From Sedimentisphaerales bacterium (lineage in GTDB: Bacteria; Planctomycetota; Phycisphaerae; Sedimentisphaerales; Anaerobacaceae): a stretch of 64,000 nucleotides of DNA. The translations under genes and the position numbers were made by a program. Under the pieces are notes generated by a model, which saw only the letters and a program-made list of their open reading frames with translations, was not told where the DNA came from and did not search any database. Shown piece after piece: positions 1 through 8,886 of this stretch. Position 1 is the first letter of the stretch. Every line of letters starts with the position of its first letter. The stretch is from contig JAXGYC010000007.1 of the NCBI GenBank assembly GCA_040772485.1, positions 64,001 to 128,000 on the forward strand, written 5' to 3'.

Positions 1-117
1 GAATGGCGGCAGCCCGTTGCTGACGAGGTTCTTCGTGTAGACGCGCATGTGCCGGTACCACACGCTGTACAGCCGCCACGCCAGGTGTGGATAGGGGATG
101 GTCTCACTGCTTCTCAT
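1..117 (-). CDS. ABC-2 type exporter permease (NodJ-like), N-terminal part, runs off the window
   Basis: Hand translation MRSSETIPYPHLAWRLYSVWYRHMRVYTKNLVSNGLPPF; start overlaps the end of the ABC ATPase gene. Confidence 0.75.
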   Translation of the reverse strand, partial: MRSSETIPYPHLAWRLYSVWYRHMRVYTKNLVSNGLPPF

Positions 118-1030
118 TGAGCCCCCTTCCCGTCGCCTTGAGGAACACGTCTTCGAGATTGGCCTGCCGCAGGTAATAGGCCTGGCCGTCGAGCATGTCC
201 GTGACGACTTTCAGCCGGTCGAGGTCGTCGCAGTAGAACCGGCTGATTCCCTGGGCGTGGTCGACGCGCACCGCCTCGGGCAGTCGGCGGCCGTCGATCG
301 CCTTGGCCGCCTGCTCCTGCGGAATCTCCAGCACGTACCGCTCGATGTTCTGCTCCAATAGCTTCTGCGGATGATCCTCCATCACCTTGCGGCCCTTGTC
401 CATGATCAGGACGCGGTCACAGATCTGAAAGGCCTCCTCCATGTAATGGGTCGTCAGCAGGATGGTGGTCCCGCCGCTGCGAAGCTGCCGCAGTTTCTCC
501 CAGATCAGGTGACGGACCTGCGGATCGAGGCCGGTCGTCGGCTCGTCGAGGATCAGCAGCCTCGGGTTGTTCAGCAGCGCGCGGGCGATCACCAGGCGCC
601 GCTTCATCCCGCCGGAAAGCTCGCGAATCCGCGCCTTGACCTTCTCCGACAGCTCCAGGAACGCCAGCAGCGATGCGATCCGCTCTCTCGCCACGCGGGC
701 GGCAAGCCCATAGAACTTCGCGTAGACCAGCAGGTTCTGGATGACGTTCAGCTCGTCGTCCAGGTTGTTCTCCTGCGGCACGACGCCCGAGAGGTACTTG
801 ATCGACAGCTCATCGCGGGCGGGGTCGAAGCCGAAGACCTCGATCGTGCCGCCGTCGTTCGCGTCGCGTGCGGCGGTCCCGTAGATCATCTTCATCATCG
901 TGGTCTTGCCCGCCCCGTTCGGCCCGAGCAGACCGAAGCAACTGCCCGCCTCCACCGCGAAGCTCAGCTCGCAGACCGCACGCAGCCGGCCGAAACTCTT
1001 GCTGACCTTGTCGACGCCAATCACCGCCAT
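104..1030 (-). CDS. ABC transporter ATP-binding protein (NodI/DrrA-like)
   Basis: Walker A GPNGAGKTT, signature LSGGMKRR, Walker B LLILDEPTTGLDP, C-terminal NLEDVFL. Confidence 0.95.
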   Translation of the reverse strand: MAVIGVDKVSKSFGRLRAVCELSFAVEAGSCFGLLGPNGAGKTTMMKMIYGTAARDANDGGTIEVFGFDPARDELSIKYLSGVVPQENNLDDELNVIQNLLVYAKFYGLAARVARERIASLLAFLELSEKVKARIRELSGGMKRRLVIARALLNNPRLLILDEPTTGLDPQVRHLIWEKLRQLRSGGTTILLTTHYMEEAFQICDRVLIMDKGRKVMEDHPQKLLEQNIERYVLEIPQEQAAKAIDGRRLPEAVRVDHAQGISRFYCDDLDRLKVVTDMLDGQAYYLRQANLEDVFLKATGRGLNEKQ

Positions 1031-1203
1031 CGCACCGCCGCCACCTTCGTACCCCAGTTCTCAAAACCCATTGCTGTCCTGCACTACTACGCATCCCAAC
1101 CGCCTTCCGGTTGACCTATTTCGCGCTTATTCTACCGCCCCTGCCCGCAGAAATCACCGTGGAATCCCCCGGCTGTGTGACGGTTGCGACAGACGCACCG
1201 ATC

Positions 1204-1455
1204 CTATTCGCGTGGGCGGCGCCGCGGCTCTGCCTTCTTGGCGCGCGGCGACCAGTATCCCGGCCTGCGTCTGCAATGGGCGAAAGCAACAACCCGGATG
1301 TGGCCTTCGTGGGCAAGGCAGACCACGAAGCAGGGAAAGCAGTGGACCAGATATCGGCGCGTGCCGTCGAGGTGGATAGGCCAGCGACCGGGAGACGGCG
1401 GAATGATATCGAGTGCCGCCCTGATCTCTTTCCGAATCTCTTCGACACTCTTCAT
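1204..1455 (-). pseudogene. Chimeric antitoxin-N/ParE-toxin-C remnant of an addiction module
   Basis: First 10 aa (MKSVEEIRKE) equal the antitoxin at 3635-3862; the rest matches the C-half of the ParE toxin at 3313-3638. Confidence 0.8.
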
Positions 1456-1461
1456 GGTCTC

Positions 1462-1490
1462 GCCTTACTGCCGCCGGGAATGTCTGTCAA
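1462..1490 (-). promoter_or_regulatory. sigma70-like promoter (TTGACA-N17-TAAGGC) of the chimeric TA copy
   Basis: Same position relative to the ATG as the promoter at 3869-3897. Confidence 0.5.
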
Positions 1491-1579
1491 CATCGTCCGC
1501 CGCCAGCGGCCCGGGGGACTGGGAGCAGAGCCTGCGGAAGCCAACAGAGGCAGACGTGCCGCGGATGGGCGCCTGACTG

Positions 1580-2974
1580 TCACGGCCCATTGCCCACAAC
1601 GATCCTCCTGCGGAAGATCCCTGTGCCGCCGGGGCCATCCCCCTTGTAGGTAATCACGTAATCGCCCGGACGGGAATAGGAATGCGCCTTCGTGCCGTGG
1701 TCCGAGGCGGCTTCGACCACGCCATCGCCATAATCGATGGAGAAGTTCGAAGTCATATTCCTGCCGTGGAAGTAAATGGCGACCGGCGTTCCGGAGACGA
1801 TGCCCCTGACCGGAAAATGACTCAGCGAATCGGCATAGGGAGCGTCCGTCGGGTTCTCCCGGTCGTAGACGAACACCATGACGTAGTTCGACGAGCGCTT
1901 GCCGGCGCTGTCCGTCACGGTCAGCTCTTCCGTATAGGTGCCTGGCGTGCCGTAGGTTCGACGCACATTCGCGGCGGTCGCCGTCGTGCCATCCGTGAAC
2001 GTCCATTCGTAGGACGTGATGCTCCGGCCCCGAGGCGCCACGGACAACGAGCCTTCGAGCTCGATTGTGTCTGCCGCATGACAATGCCTCTTGTGTCCCG
2101 GGAACGACAGGGGCTCATCATACTCTTCGAGGTACGCCTGGACGAGGATCGGGAAGCAGTTGATATTCCTCTTGGGGTCCGAGACGTAGCGCATGTCGAT
2201 GTGTACGTGGGCATCGTTGCCGCAGCCGGAGTTGCCCAGATACCCGAACGTCTCGCCTCGATCGAGAACGCTTCCCACGCCCAGGTCCTGTCTCAAGTGA
2301 CGATCGACCATGTGGTAGTAGAGAATCTCGAATTCGGAATTGCGGATCGAGACGCCGGCGCCGTAGGAGAGGACCTCGGCGTTCGGAATCATCGACACCA
2401 GCCTGTGATGCTTCGGGTACATCCCGCCCAGATCGACGCCGTAGTGATAGTACAGCTTGCCGGCCGACATGTCATGGAACCCGAGCCAGGCATTCAAGAA
2501 GTTGGCGCATCCCCATCGGTAGTCTTTGATGGGAAAGGCAAACCGGCCGGGATCGTACCAGGGCATCGAGGCGTCCTTGGCGCTCAACAAGACCGCCTCG
2601 GACATCTCCGGGATGGCGGTGCTGTCGATCGTGAAGGGCCGGGTCAGCTCGCCGCATATTCTCAAACCGTTGATGACCACCGGCATGTAGAACGGCCCGC
2701 AGCCGACCGTGCCTTCAACGCCGTCCACGGCCAGCGTGATGATGGACTTGTAGCAGATCTTCCGCAGCCCTCCCTGCCAGTAGCCCATCTCGTAGTTGTC
2801 CACGACGTCGAGAAGCTTCACCGACCGGCAAGCCGTCCCTCCGAAGGTATCCGTGCAGGTCTGCCCGATGTCCAGCGTGAAGAACTTCGGGTTGTAAGCC
2901 TCCACGGACTCCGGCCGCACGCACAGAATGGCCCCGACCAAGGCTGCGGCCGTCAAGCTCTTTCCCGGACCCAT
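1580..2974 (-). CDS. Secreted M23-peptidase-like protein with C-terminal PKD domains
   Basis: Signal peptide, HYGVD and HVH zinc motifs, GYLGNSG, PKD motifs (YEWTFTDG, DYGDG); GGAGGA RBS before ATG 2974. Confidence 0.75.
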   Translation of the reverse strand: MGPGKSLTAAALVGAILCVRPESVEAYNPKFFTLDIGQTCTDTFGGTACRSVKLLDVVDNYEMGYWQGGLRKICYKSIITLAVDGVEGTVGCGPFYMPVVINGLRICGELTRPFTIDSTAIPEMSEAVLLSAKDASMPWYDPGRFAFPIKDYRWGCANFLNAWLGFHDMSAGKLYYHYGVDLGGMYPKHHRLVSMIPNAEVLSYGAGVSIRNSEFEILYYHMVDRHLRQDLGVGSVLDRGETFGYLGNSGCGNDAHVHIDMRYVSDPKRNINCFPILVQAYLEEYDEPLSFPGHKRHCHAADTIELEGSLSVAPRGRSITSYEWTFTDGTTATAANVRRTYGTPGTYTEELTVTDSAGKRSSNYVMVFVYDRENPTDAPYADSLSHFPVRGIVSGTPVAIYFHGRNMTSNFSIDYGDGVVEAASDHGTKAHSYSRPGDYVITYKGDGPGGTGIFRRRIVVGNGP

Positions 2975-3312
2975 CGATTCCTCCAATTCGTGCCCCAAGG
3001 CGCCACTCGCGCAAAGCCAACGGCAACTCTCGCCCATTGCGGCGGCCCTTCGCCTGCGCATGGAGCCCCCGGCTGATGAGGGAGAGGAAGCGAGACTTGC
3101 CGGGGGCTGTCACTGCACCGAAGTGCAGCCGCTCATGAGCGCCCTGATTAAACCATATCGACGCCGGCGGCACAACCCCTCAATCCCGCCGACTGCAAAA
3201 TTCTGGCAGCCTTTCCACAGACGACTTCCCGTCGTACGCGCGGAGGGCCACGTGTGGCAGCAACTCCCTCTGCGCCTCCGCCTGGGTAAAGGTTGCGAAA
3301 GACACGCCGATA

Positions 3313-3638
3313 CTATTCGCGTGGGCGGCGCCGCGGCTCTGCCTTCTTGGCGCGTGGCGACCAGTATCCCGGCCTCCTTCGGCAATGAGCGAAGGCAACA
3401 ACCCAGATGTGGTCTTCCTGAGGCAGGTACACAATGAAGTACGGAAAGCGATGGACCAGATATCGACGCGTGCCGTCCAGGTGGTAGGCCAACGGGAGGG
3501 AGACTGCTAAATGATCTCGAGGGCCGCCTTGATCTCTTTCACGAAGTCCAGGCCGAGCCCTGCACATCTGTTCTCGTAGAAACCCACTGCCTCCCAGAGC
3601 TCTATCTCGGCCTCATCGAGGATGGCGATGAAGGTCAT
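3313..3638 (-). pseudogene. ParE/RelE-family type II toxin, inactivated
   Basis: MTFIAILDEAEIELWEAVGFYE...GLGLDFVKEI, in-frame TAG at 3507-3509, 1-nt frameshift near 3485, then RRYLVHRFPYFIVY...VAFAHCRRRPGYW; ATGA overlap with the antitoxin. Confidence 0.85.
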
Positions 3639-3862
3639 TTCAGCTTGGCCTCGATCTCGGCGAGAGCATCGGCTGCCGGACGGCCTGCTGCTTTGCCGCT
3701 CTTGACCTTGCGGACGCGTCGGCGAATCTCGGCCTCCTGTTCGGGGCTCAGCTCGTAGGCGTTCGGCTCCTCAAGGCTCAGGATCAAATCGTGCGCCAGA
3801 CTGGCCCGCTCGCCCGCCGACAGGGTCATCGCCTCTTTCCGAATCTCTTCGACACTCTTCAT
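3635..3862 (-). CDS. Putative addiction module antitoxin component (TIGR02574-like)
   Basis: LSAGERASLAHDLILSL...EAEIRRR pattern; 75 aa, directly upstream of the ParE-like gene. Confidence 0.85.
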   Translation of the reverse strand: MKSVEEIRKEAMTLSAGERASLAHDLILSLEEPNAYELSPEQEAEIRRRVRKVKSGKAAGRPAADALAEIEAKLK

Positions 3863-3868
3863 GACCCT

Positions 3869-3897
3869 ATCCTACTGCCGCGTCCAAGGCCTGTCAA
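3869..3897 (-). promoter_or_regulatory. sigma70 promoter TTGACA-N17-TAGGAT, probably leaderless transcript
   Basis: Near-consensus hexamers, 17-nt spacer, -10 ends 6 nt before the antitoxin ATG. Confidence 0.7.
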
Positions 3898-3925
3898 CGT
3901 TCTCCGCAGTTCTGGGGCAAGTGCA
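3877..3925. repeat. 49-bp direct repeat, copy 1 (copy 2 at 5258-5306)
   Basis: gccgcgYccaaggcctgtcaaMgttctccgcagttctggggcaagtgca, 2 mismatches between copies. Confidence 0.9.
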
Positions 3926-4026
3926 TGATACGCTGCCCTTCTGTTGCTGTCGCGGACGGCGCCTGGTACAATTCGTCGGGCGGTGTTCGCCGGCGGCGGC
4001 AGCGACTGTAGAAGGGAGTGTTCCGT

Positions 4027-5196
4027 ATGAACGACAGGCGGCTCACGGAACGGGATCGGGCCCTGAGACCGTTCCTGAGGCTTCTGGTTTTGAGCCTTGC
4101 GGGCCTGCTGCCGGCTGGGCAGGGACGCGTCCTTGCCGCCCGTGACATCGTTCTGGAGGGCGTGTACGAGGCGGCGCTGGATCTGCCCCGCATTCATTTT
4201 CTCTTGCAGCGGGCGGCCCCAGGAGCCGCGTTAGGATCGGCGTCCGGCTTTGCCCCACACGATGCCTTCCTCGATACGGGGGCGTCGGGGGTGCTGTTGT
4301 CCAGAGAGACCGCCCACGAATTGGGCGTGGCCTTGATACCAAAGGCACGCTACGTGGATGTGGGGGTGGGCGGCGCTGAGCGCTTCTCCGTGTCGGAGCC
4401 GCTGCTGCTGGGCTTGGCCGACTACGAGTCGCCTGCGGCCGGCAGCCCGCGCAGCTATCGCAATGTCGGTCGTGCACGCTTTCAGGTCAAGGAGACAGGC
4501 GGCCTCTTGGGCGAGGCCATCGACGTCATCGGCATGCCGGGCCTCTTCAAGAGCGTGGTCGTTCTCAACACCGCAGCGACCAACGACCTGGGCTTCTGTG
4601 CCGCTGCGCTCAAGGAGCCGGGCGACCCATCCATTCCGGCCCCGCACGTGACGATCAAACTCCGCTTTGTCGATTTCGCCAATCGCCGCCATCCGGACAA
4701 CGTCCCGCCCCTGCCGGTCATCGCGCCCAATCCCGTGATGGACGGTCTCGTGCTGCTGCACGGCGGCCGTCTGTCGAAAGGCGACTGGCTGCTCGACACG
4801 GGCGCAACCATCAGCTTCATCTCCACGCGCCAGGCCCGACAACTCGGCATCGCCGAGGACCAGAAGCCGGCCTTCACGCTGCCGGTCGGTGGCGTGGGCC
4901 ACATGACCGCCATTCCCGGCTACGAGCTCGACCGACTGGTCGTTCCGACCCTCAATGAGCGAAATCTGATTTTCACCAACGTGCGTTTGGGCGTGCATGA
5001 TATCACCTACCGGGATGAGCAGACGCAGACCGAACGCACACTCGACGGCGTCTTCGGCAGCAACTTCCTCTGCGCCTCCGCCAGGATGGAAGGCCCCCTC
5101 CCCGACGACATCCATCAGACGCTGGTCGAGAAGGTGGTCATTGACATGCCCAAGGAAACCCTCGGCCTGCGTTTCGACCCTCGCCTATCCCCCTGA
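4027..5196 (+). CDS. Secreted aspartyl protease with two retropepsin-like domains
   Basis: Signal peptide; two motifs FLDTGASG and LLDTGATIS, each followed by a hydrophobic-Gly motif (DVIGM, GVFGSNFL). Confidence 0.85.
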   Translation: MNDRRLTERDRALRPFLRLLVLSLAGLLPAGQGRVLAARDIVLEGVYEAALDLPRIHFLLQRAAPGAALGSASGFAPHDAFLDTGASGVLLSRETAHELGVALIPKARYVDVGVGGAERFSVSEPLLLGLADYESPAAGSPRSYRNVGRARFQVKETGGLLGEAIDVIGMPGLFKSVVVLNTAATNDLGFCAAALKEPGDPSIPAPHVTIKLRFVDFANRRHPDNVPPLPVIAPNPVMDGLVLLHGGRLSKGDWLLDTGATISFISTRQARQLGIAEDQKPAFTLPVGGVGHMTAIPGYELDRLVVPTLNERNLIFTNVRLGVHDITYRDEQTQTERTLDGVFGSNFLCASARMEGPLPDDIHQTLVEKVVIDMPKETLGLRFDPRLSP

Positions 5197-5257
5197 TCCC
5201 GCCCGCAAAACCGAGCCAGCCCAGGATAACCCGCGCTGCAAAGTGGGTCTGTCCCTC

Positions 5258-5306
5258 GCCGCGCCCAAGGCCTGTCAAAGTTCTCCGCAGTTCTGGGGCA
5301 AGTGCA
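5258..5306. repeat. 49-bp direct repeat, copy 2 (carries the TA -35 box)
   Basis: Matches 3877-3925. Confidence 0.9.
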
Positions 5307-5334
5307 GGGAGAACCTCGGCCCACCAGCCGCCTT

Positions 5335-5570
5335 CATCACCACGCCATCGACGTCCTTGGCGATCCGCCGGCCGGAGGGGTCGTAGGTGTAGGTGATCTG
5401 CTCCCAGTCGGCTCCGCCGCCCGACCACTGGATGGCGTCGACCCAGCAGGAGCCGGCGGTCGAGCCGGAGTACTTGTAGTACTTCCACTTGAGCGTGTGC
5501 GTGCCCGACGGGACCGCGAAATAGCCGGTCCAGGGCCAACTGCTGCCCGACACAGACCCGTCTTGCATCA
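5335..5570 (-). pseudogene. RHS/YD-repeat protein fragment
   Basis: HTLKWKYYK...WVDAIQW...ITYTYDPSGRRIAKDVDG; no proper start or RHS core end. Confidence 0.6.
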
Positions 5571-5983
5571 CCCGCTTATCTGACAGGCTCATCATGCCTC
5601 GATCCAAGATCATGGCCCGCCCGTCGGCCTGCTAATGATTATCGAAAGGCCTGACCCCAAATCCTTGCTCGGAAGTCCGTCAATCGATTCTCTGCGGCGG
5701 CTCGGTGCGGACCTCCCGAGCCGTCGCTGCATTTTGTCTGTCCCGCGGTCGGTCAGTGACGACCCATAGCTGGAGAGACCGATCATCGACGACTTACGAT
5801 TGACGACCTGTCGATCTGTCCTACTCATCCGCTCTGTTCCATCCGCTCGCTCCTGCGATATGGGAACAGCGAGATATGAGGAACAGCCGCGTCAGCGGCA
5901 GGGCGGATTCTCAATCCACGCGTCCGCCTTTCGATCACTGCTGTTATGAATTCGCGCAGGCCGAGCGATGTTCGGATCATCGC

Positions 5984-7132
5984 TTACTTGCCGAGGTCTT
6001 TGATTCGGATATGGCGGTACTCGTGGAATCCGTTCTCGCCTTGCAGGCCCAGATAACCGCGCGTCAGCTTGTCCATGCTCGCGGAAACGCTGACGACCTC
6101 GCCGTTCAAACGGACTTCAACGCTCGACTTGACGAGCGTGATCTCGTATTCATTCCATTCCCCGACGGGCTTGAGCACCTTCTGTGTCAATCCGACGTTC
6201 AGATCGTGGGTGGCGCCGAAGATCATGCCCATGCGCGCGGTGTTCTGGCACTGCACCTCGTACTTCTGGCTGGGCCAATCGTCTCCTTCCATGTTGGATC
6301 GCAGGAACACGCCGCCGTCCTGATCGGGCTTCATGAACCGAAATTCCAGGCGGAGAATGAAATCGCTATACTCCTTGTCGCTGCGGAGCCAGCCATGACC
6401 GCCGTTGAGCTTGAGGACGCCGTCTTGTGCGACAAACTGCGCCCCGTTCATAAGATGCCAGCCGTCGAGGGTCTTCCCGTCGAAAAGGCTCACGAAGCCC
6501 TCCTCCGTTCTGCCGAGGTCTTTGATTCGGATATTGCGGTACTCGTGGAATCCGTTCTCGCCTTGCAGGCCCAGATAACCGCGCGTCAGCTTGTCCATGC
6601 TCGCGGAAACGCTGACGACCTCGCCGTTCAAACGGACTTCAACGCTCGACTTGACGAGCGTGATCTCGTATTCATTCCATTCCCCGACGGGCTTGAGCAC
6701 CTTCTGTGTCAATCCGACGTTCAGATCGTGGGTGGCGCCGAAGATCATGCCCATGCGCGCGGTGTTCTGGCACTGCACCTCGTACTTCTGGCTGGGCCAA
6801 TCGTCTCCTTCCATGTTGGATCGCAGGAACACGCCGCCGTCCTGATCGGGCTTCATGAACCGAAATTCCAGGCGGAGAATGAAATCGCTATACTCCTTGT
6901 CGCTGCGGAGCCAGCCATGACCGCCGTTGAGCTTGAGGACGCCGTCTTGTGCGACAAACTGCGCCCCGTTCATAAGATGCCAGCCGTCGAGGGTCTTCCC
7001 GTCGAAAAGGCTCACGAAGCCCTCTTCTGCCTTCTCGGCGGCCCAAGAGGCATTTGACCCGCTCCAAAAGCACGATGCAGCAATGACAACGGCAGTCCGG
7101 GCGACACAGCGGTTGTGGACCATGTTCTTCAC
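5984..7132 (-). CDS. Tandem DUF1080 (3-keto-disaccharide hydrolase family) protein
   Basis: Signal peptide; two domains each with SLFDGKTLDGW, DFILRLEFR, GEWNEYEI, GYLGLQ, YRNIRIK; AGGAGG RBS. Confidence 0.9.
   Translation of the reverse strand: MKNMVHNRCVARTAVVIAASCFWSGSNASWAAEKAEEGFVSLFDGKTLDGWHLMNGAQFVAQDGVLKLNGGHGWLRSDKEYSDFILRLEFRFMKPDQDGGVFLRSNMEGDDWPSQKYEVQCQNTARMGMIFGATHDLNVGLTQKVLKPVGEWNEYEITLVKSSVEVRLNGEVVSVSASMDKLTRGYLGLQGENGFHEYRNIRIKDLGRTEEGFVSLFDGKTLDGWHLMNGAQFVAQDGVLKLNGGHGWLRSDKEYSDFILRLEFRFMKPDQDGGVFLRSNMEGDDWPSQKYEVQCQNTARMGMIFGATHDLNVGLTQKVLKPVGEWNEYEITLVKSSVEVRLNGEVVSVSASMDKLTRGYLGLQGENGFHEYRHIRIKDLGK
5989..7024. repeat. Near-perfect tandem duplication, period 522 bp (5989-6502 / 6511-7024)
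   Basis: Only one difference found by eye (6013 g vs 6535 t; His vs Asn). Confidence 0.9.
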
Positions 7133-7289
7133 CTCCTTACGGGTTCGTCTTTAGAATCGGCATTGGGCATCCAGCCTCATAACCGGTGCTCCTGTACGGC
7201 ATACTCTCGAGCATCCGACATTTCCCATATAGCCTTCATCCGGCAACATCGGCGGTCTTCTATTCCATGAATATACGGCCCTTTACCCG

Positions 7290-7610
7290 GGGCATTCAAG
7301 TGTAGAATGCTCAGCGGGTCGGCAAGCGACGGTGGATTCGCAGAAAATCGCCATCCACGGTGCTCGGACAGCAGCCGGGGCCAGCTGGCATGAAAGGCAG
7401 AAGCTCCTGGCGGGCATGATAGCCGCGAGGGAGGTTCAGACGAAAGGAGGTTCTGCCATGTACTACGCAGGGATTGATTACCACAAACGCTATTCGGTGA
7501 TCAGCATCCAGGCATTGTATTGGGGTCAGCCGGCTATAGCCCAAAGGAATCTCCCGTCGGGGTCAAGGGCGGCTCACGTATCTCGTGGTGCGGCGGCAAG
7601 AAGCCGTTCG
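7290..7610 (+). mobile_element. IS110-family remnant (non-coding left end plus first ~19 codons of the recombinase)
   Basis: GAAAGGAGG RBS then MYYAGIDYHKRYSVISIQ at 7458, the N-terminal GIDxHK motif of DEDD IS110 recombinases; boundaries approximate. Confidence 0.6.
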
Positions 7611-7629
7611 TAGCGTGCCCGCAAGAGCC

Positions 7630-7680
7630 TGCCCCCTTCGGCATCGCTCAGGGCGGGCTCTGAGCGGAGTCGAAGGGGCA
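7630..7680. repeat. REP-like palindrome
   Basis: tgcccccttcg..cgctcag...ctgagcg..cgaaggggca; a related half-copy cccctcgacttcgctca near 36733. Confidence 0.65.
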
Positions 7681-7940
7681 TCCTCACCCCGATACAGGCA
7701 ACGCCTTACGGCGTCACTACGAACCGCCATCCCTCTCAATGGAGACGGGGACCACGCTGCGGGCCGCGCTTCGTCTGAAGTTTCGGTCTCGGAAATTTCT
7801 CGAAAAGATCATCCTGGCCGGGGCGGCTGGAACATTCGGTGCGGCCGTCGGTTACGGCCGGCGGGCACGCCTCGCGAAAAAACGCGGAGAATTTGTGTTG
7901 ACGGCTACGAGGAAATGTTCGTAATGTGTTCATAGAACGA

Positions 7941-7973
7941 AATAGTAAATCGTAAATCTCAAATAGTAAATCT
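7941..7973 (+). repeat. Short AT-rich heptamer-like tandem repeats (aaatagt/aaatcgt/aaatctc)
   Basis: aatagtaaatcgtaaatctcaaatagtaaatct in a GC-rich background. Confidence 0.6.
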
Positions 7974-7992
7974 CAGATGTGGAGGGTCGATC

Positions 7993-8886
7993 ATGGCTAC
8001 GGAAGCGCAGGTGCGGGCGAATCGGTTGAACGCGCAGAAGTCGACGGGGCCGCGGACGGCGGCGGGCAAGGCGGTGGCCTCGCAGAACGCGGTGACGCAC
8101 GGCCTGCTCGCCCGCAAGACGGTCATCAGCGGCGAGGACCCGGGGCAGTTCGAAACCTATCGGGCGCAGTTGCTGGCGGAGCTGCATCCGGCGGGTGTTC
8201 TGGAGGCGGTGCTGGCCGAGCGGATCGTCGGCCTGGCCTGGCGGCTGCGGCGGGCCGACTGCCTCCAGGCGGAGGTCTTCGACACGCTGCTGGCCCGCGA
8301 GAGCACCCCCTACGCCAAGCGGTGCCTGGCGCACCTGTACTTCGGATCGGAGAACGGTCCCGACCCGCGCGACTCGGCGCTGGGACGGATCGTGATCTCC
8401 GATTTCCGCTGCGCGAAGGTGCTGGAGCGGCTGGGCCTGTACGAGCGGCGGATCGAGCAGGGCCTCTACAGAACCCTCGACGAACTGGAGAAGGTCCGCC
8501 AGCTCCGCTGCGCCGAACCGCCCGCAGCGCTGCCGCCGGAGCAGGAGCCGCCGCCAAGAGACCTATCGTGCGAAACAAAGCCAATTTGCCCGGCTGGCGA
8601 CGCCGGGGATGCGCCCGAGTCCTCGACGAACTCCGATCGCGACGCTGGAGGGTTGACGGGACCGACGGATGGGCATAGACTCGTGACAGTTGCCGTTGCC
8701 TCCGAGGCCGCGACATCCGGGCCAAATGAAGCCGGAGCGGGCCCTCGCGAGGCACATCGAGCATCGGAAAGGAAGAATCGCGATGAGAAGCAAGACGTTC
8801 CACTCGACCACGATCCTGGCAGCCGTTTCCCTGATCGGCCTGTCGCTGGCGTACACCGCCCAAGCGGAGCTGAATCAGCCGCCTGA
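7993..8886 (+). CDS. Conserved hypothetical protein (NAQKSTGP...NAxxHG family); C-terminal part probably read-through
   Basis: MATEAQVRANRLNAQKSTGPRTAAGKAVASQNAVTHGL; GGAGG RBS; tail overlaps the next gene. Confidence 0.65.
   Translation: MATEAQVRANRLNAQKSTGPRTAAGKAVASQNAVTHGLLARKTVISGEDPGQFETYRAQLLAELHPAGVLEAVLAERIVGLAWRLRRADCLQAEVFDTLLARESTPYAKRCLAHLYFGSENGPDPRDSALGRIVISDFRCAKVLERLGLYERRIEQGLYRTLDELEKVRQLRCAEPPAALPPEQEPPPRDLSCETKPICPAGDAGDAPESSTNSDRDAGGLTGPTDGHRLVTVAVASEAATSGPNEAGAGPREAHRASERKNRDEKQDVPLDHDPGSRFPDRPVAGVHRPSGAESAA

Noticed and set aside
3507..3509. In-frame TAG in the toxin as programmed read-through or pyrrolysine
   Set aside because: A frameshift follows within ~25 bp, so ordinary pseudogenisation is simpler
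5876..7057. 393-aa plus-strand ORF with an internal repeat
   Set aside because: Antisense shadow of the duplicated DUF1080 gene
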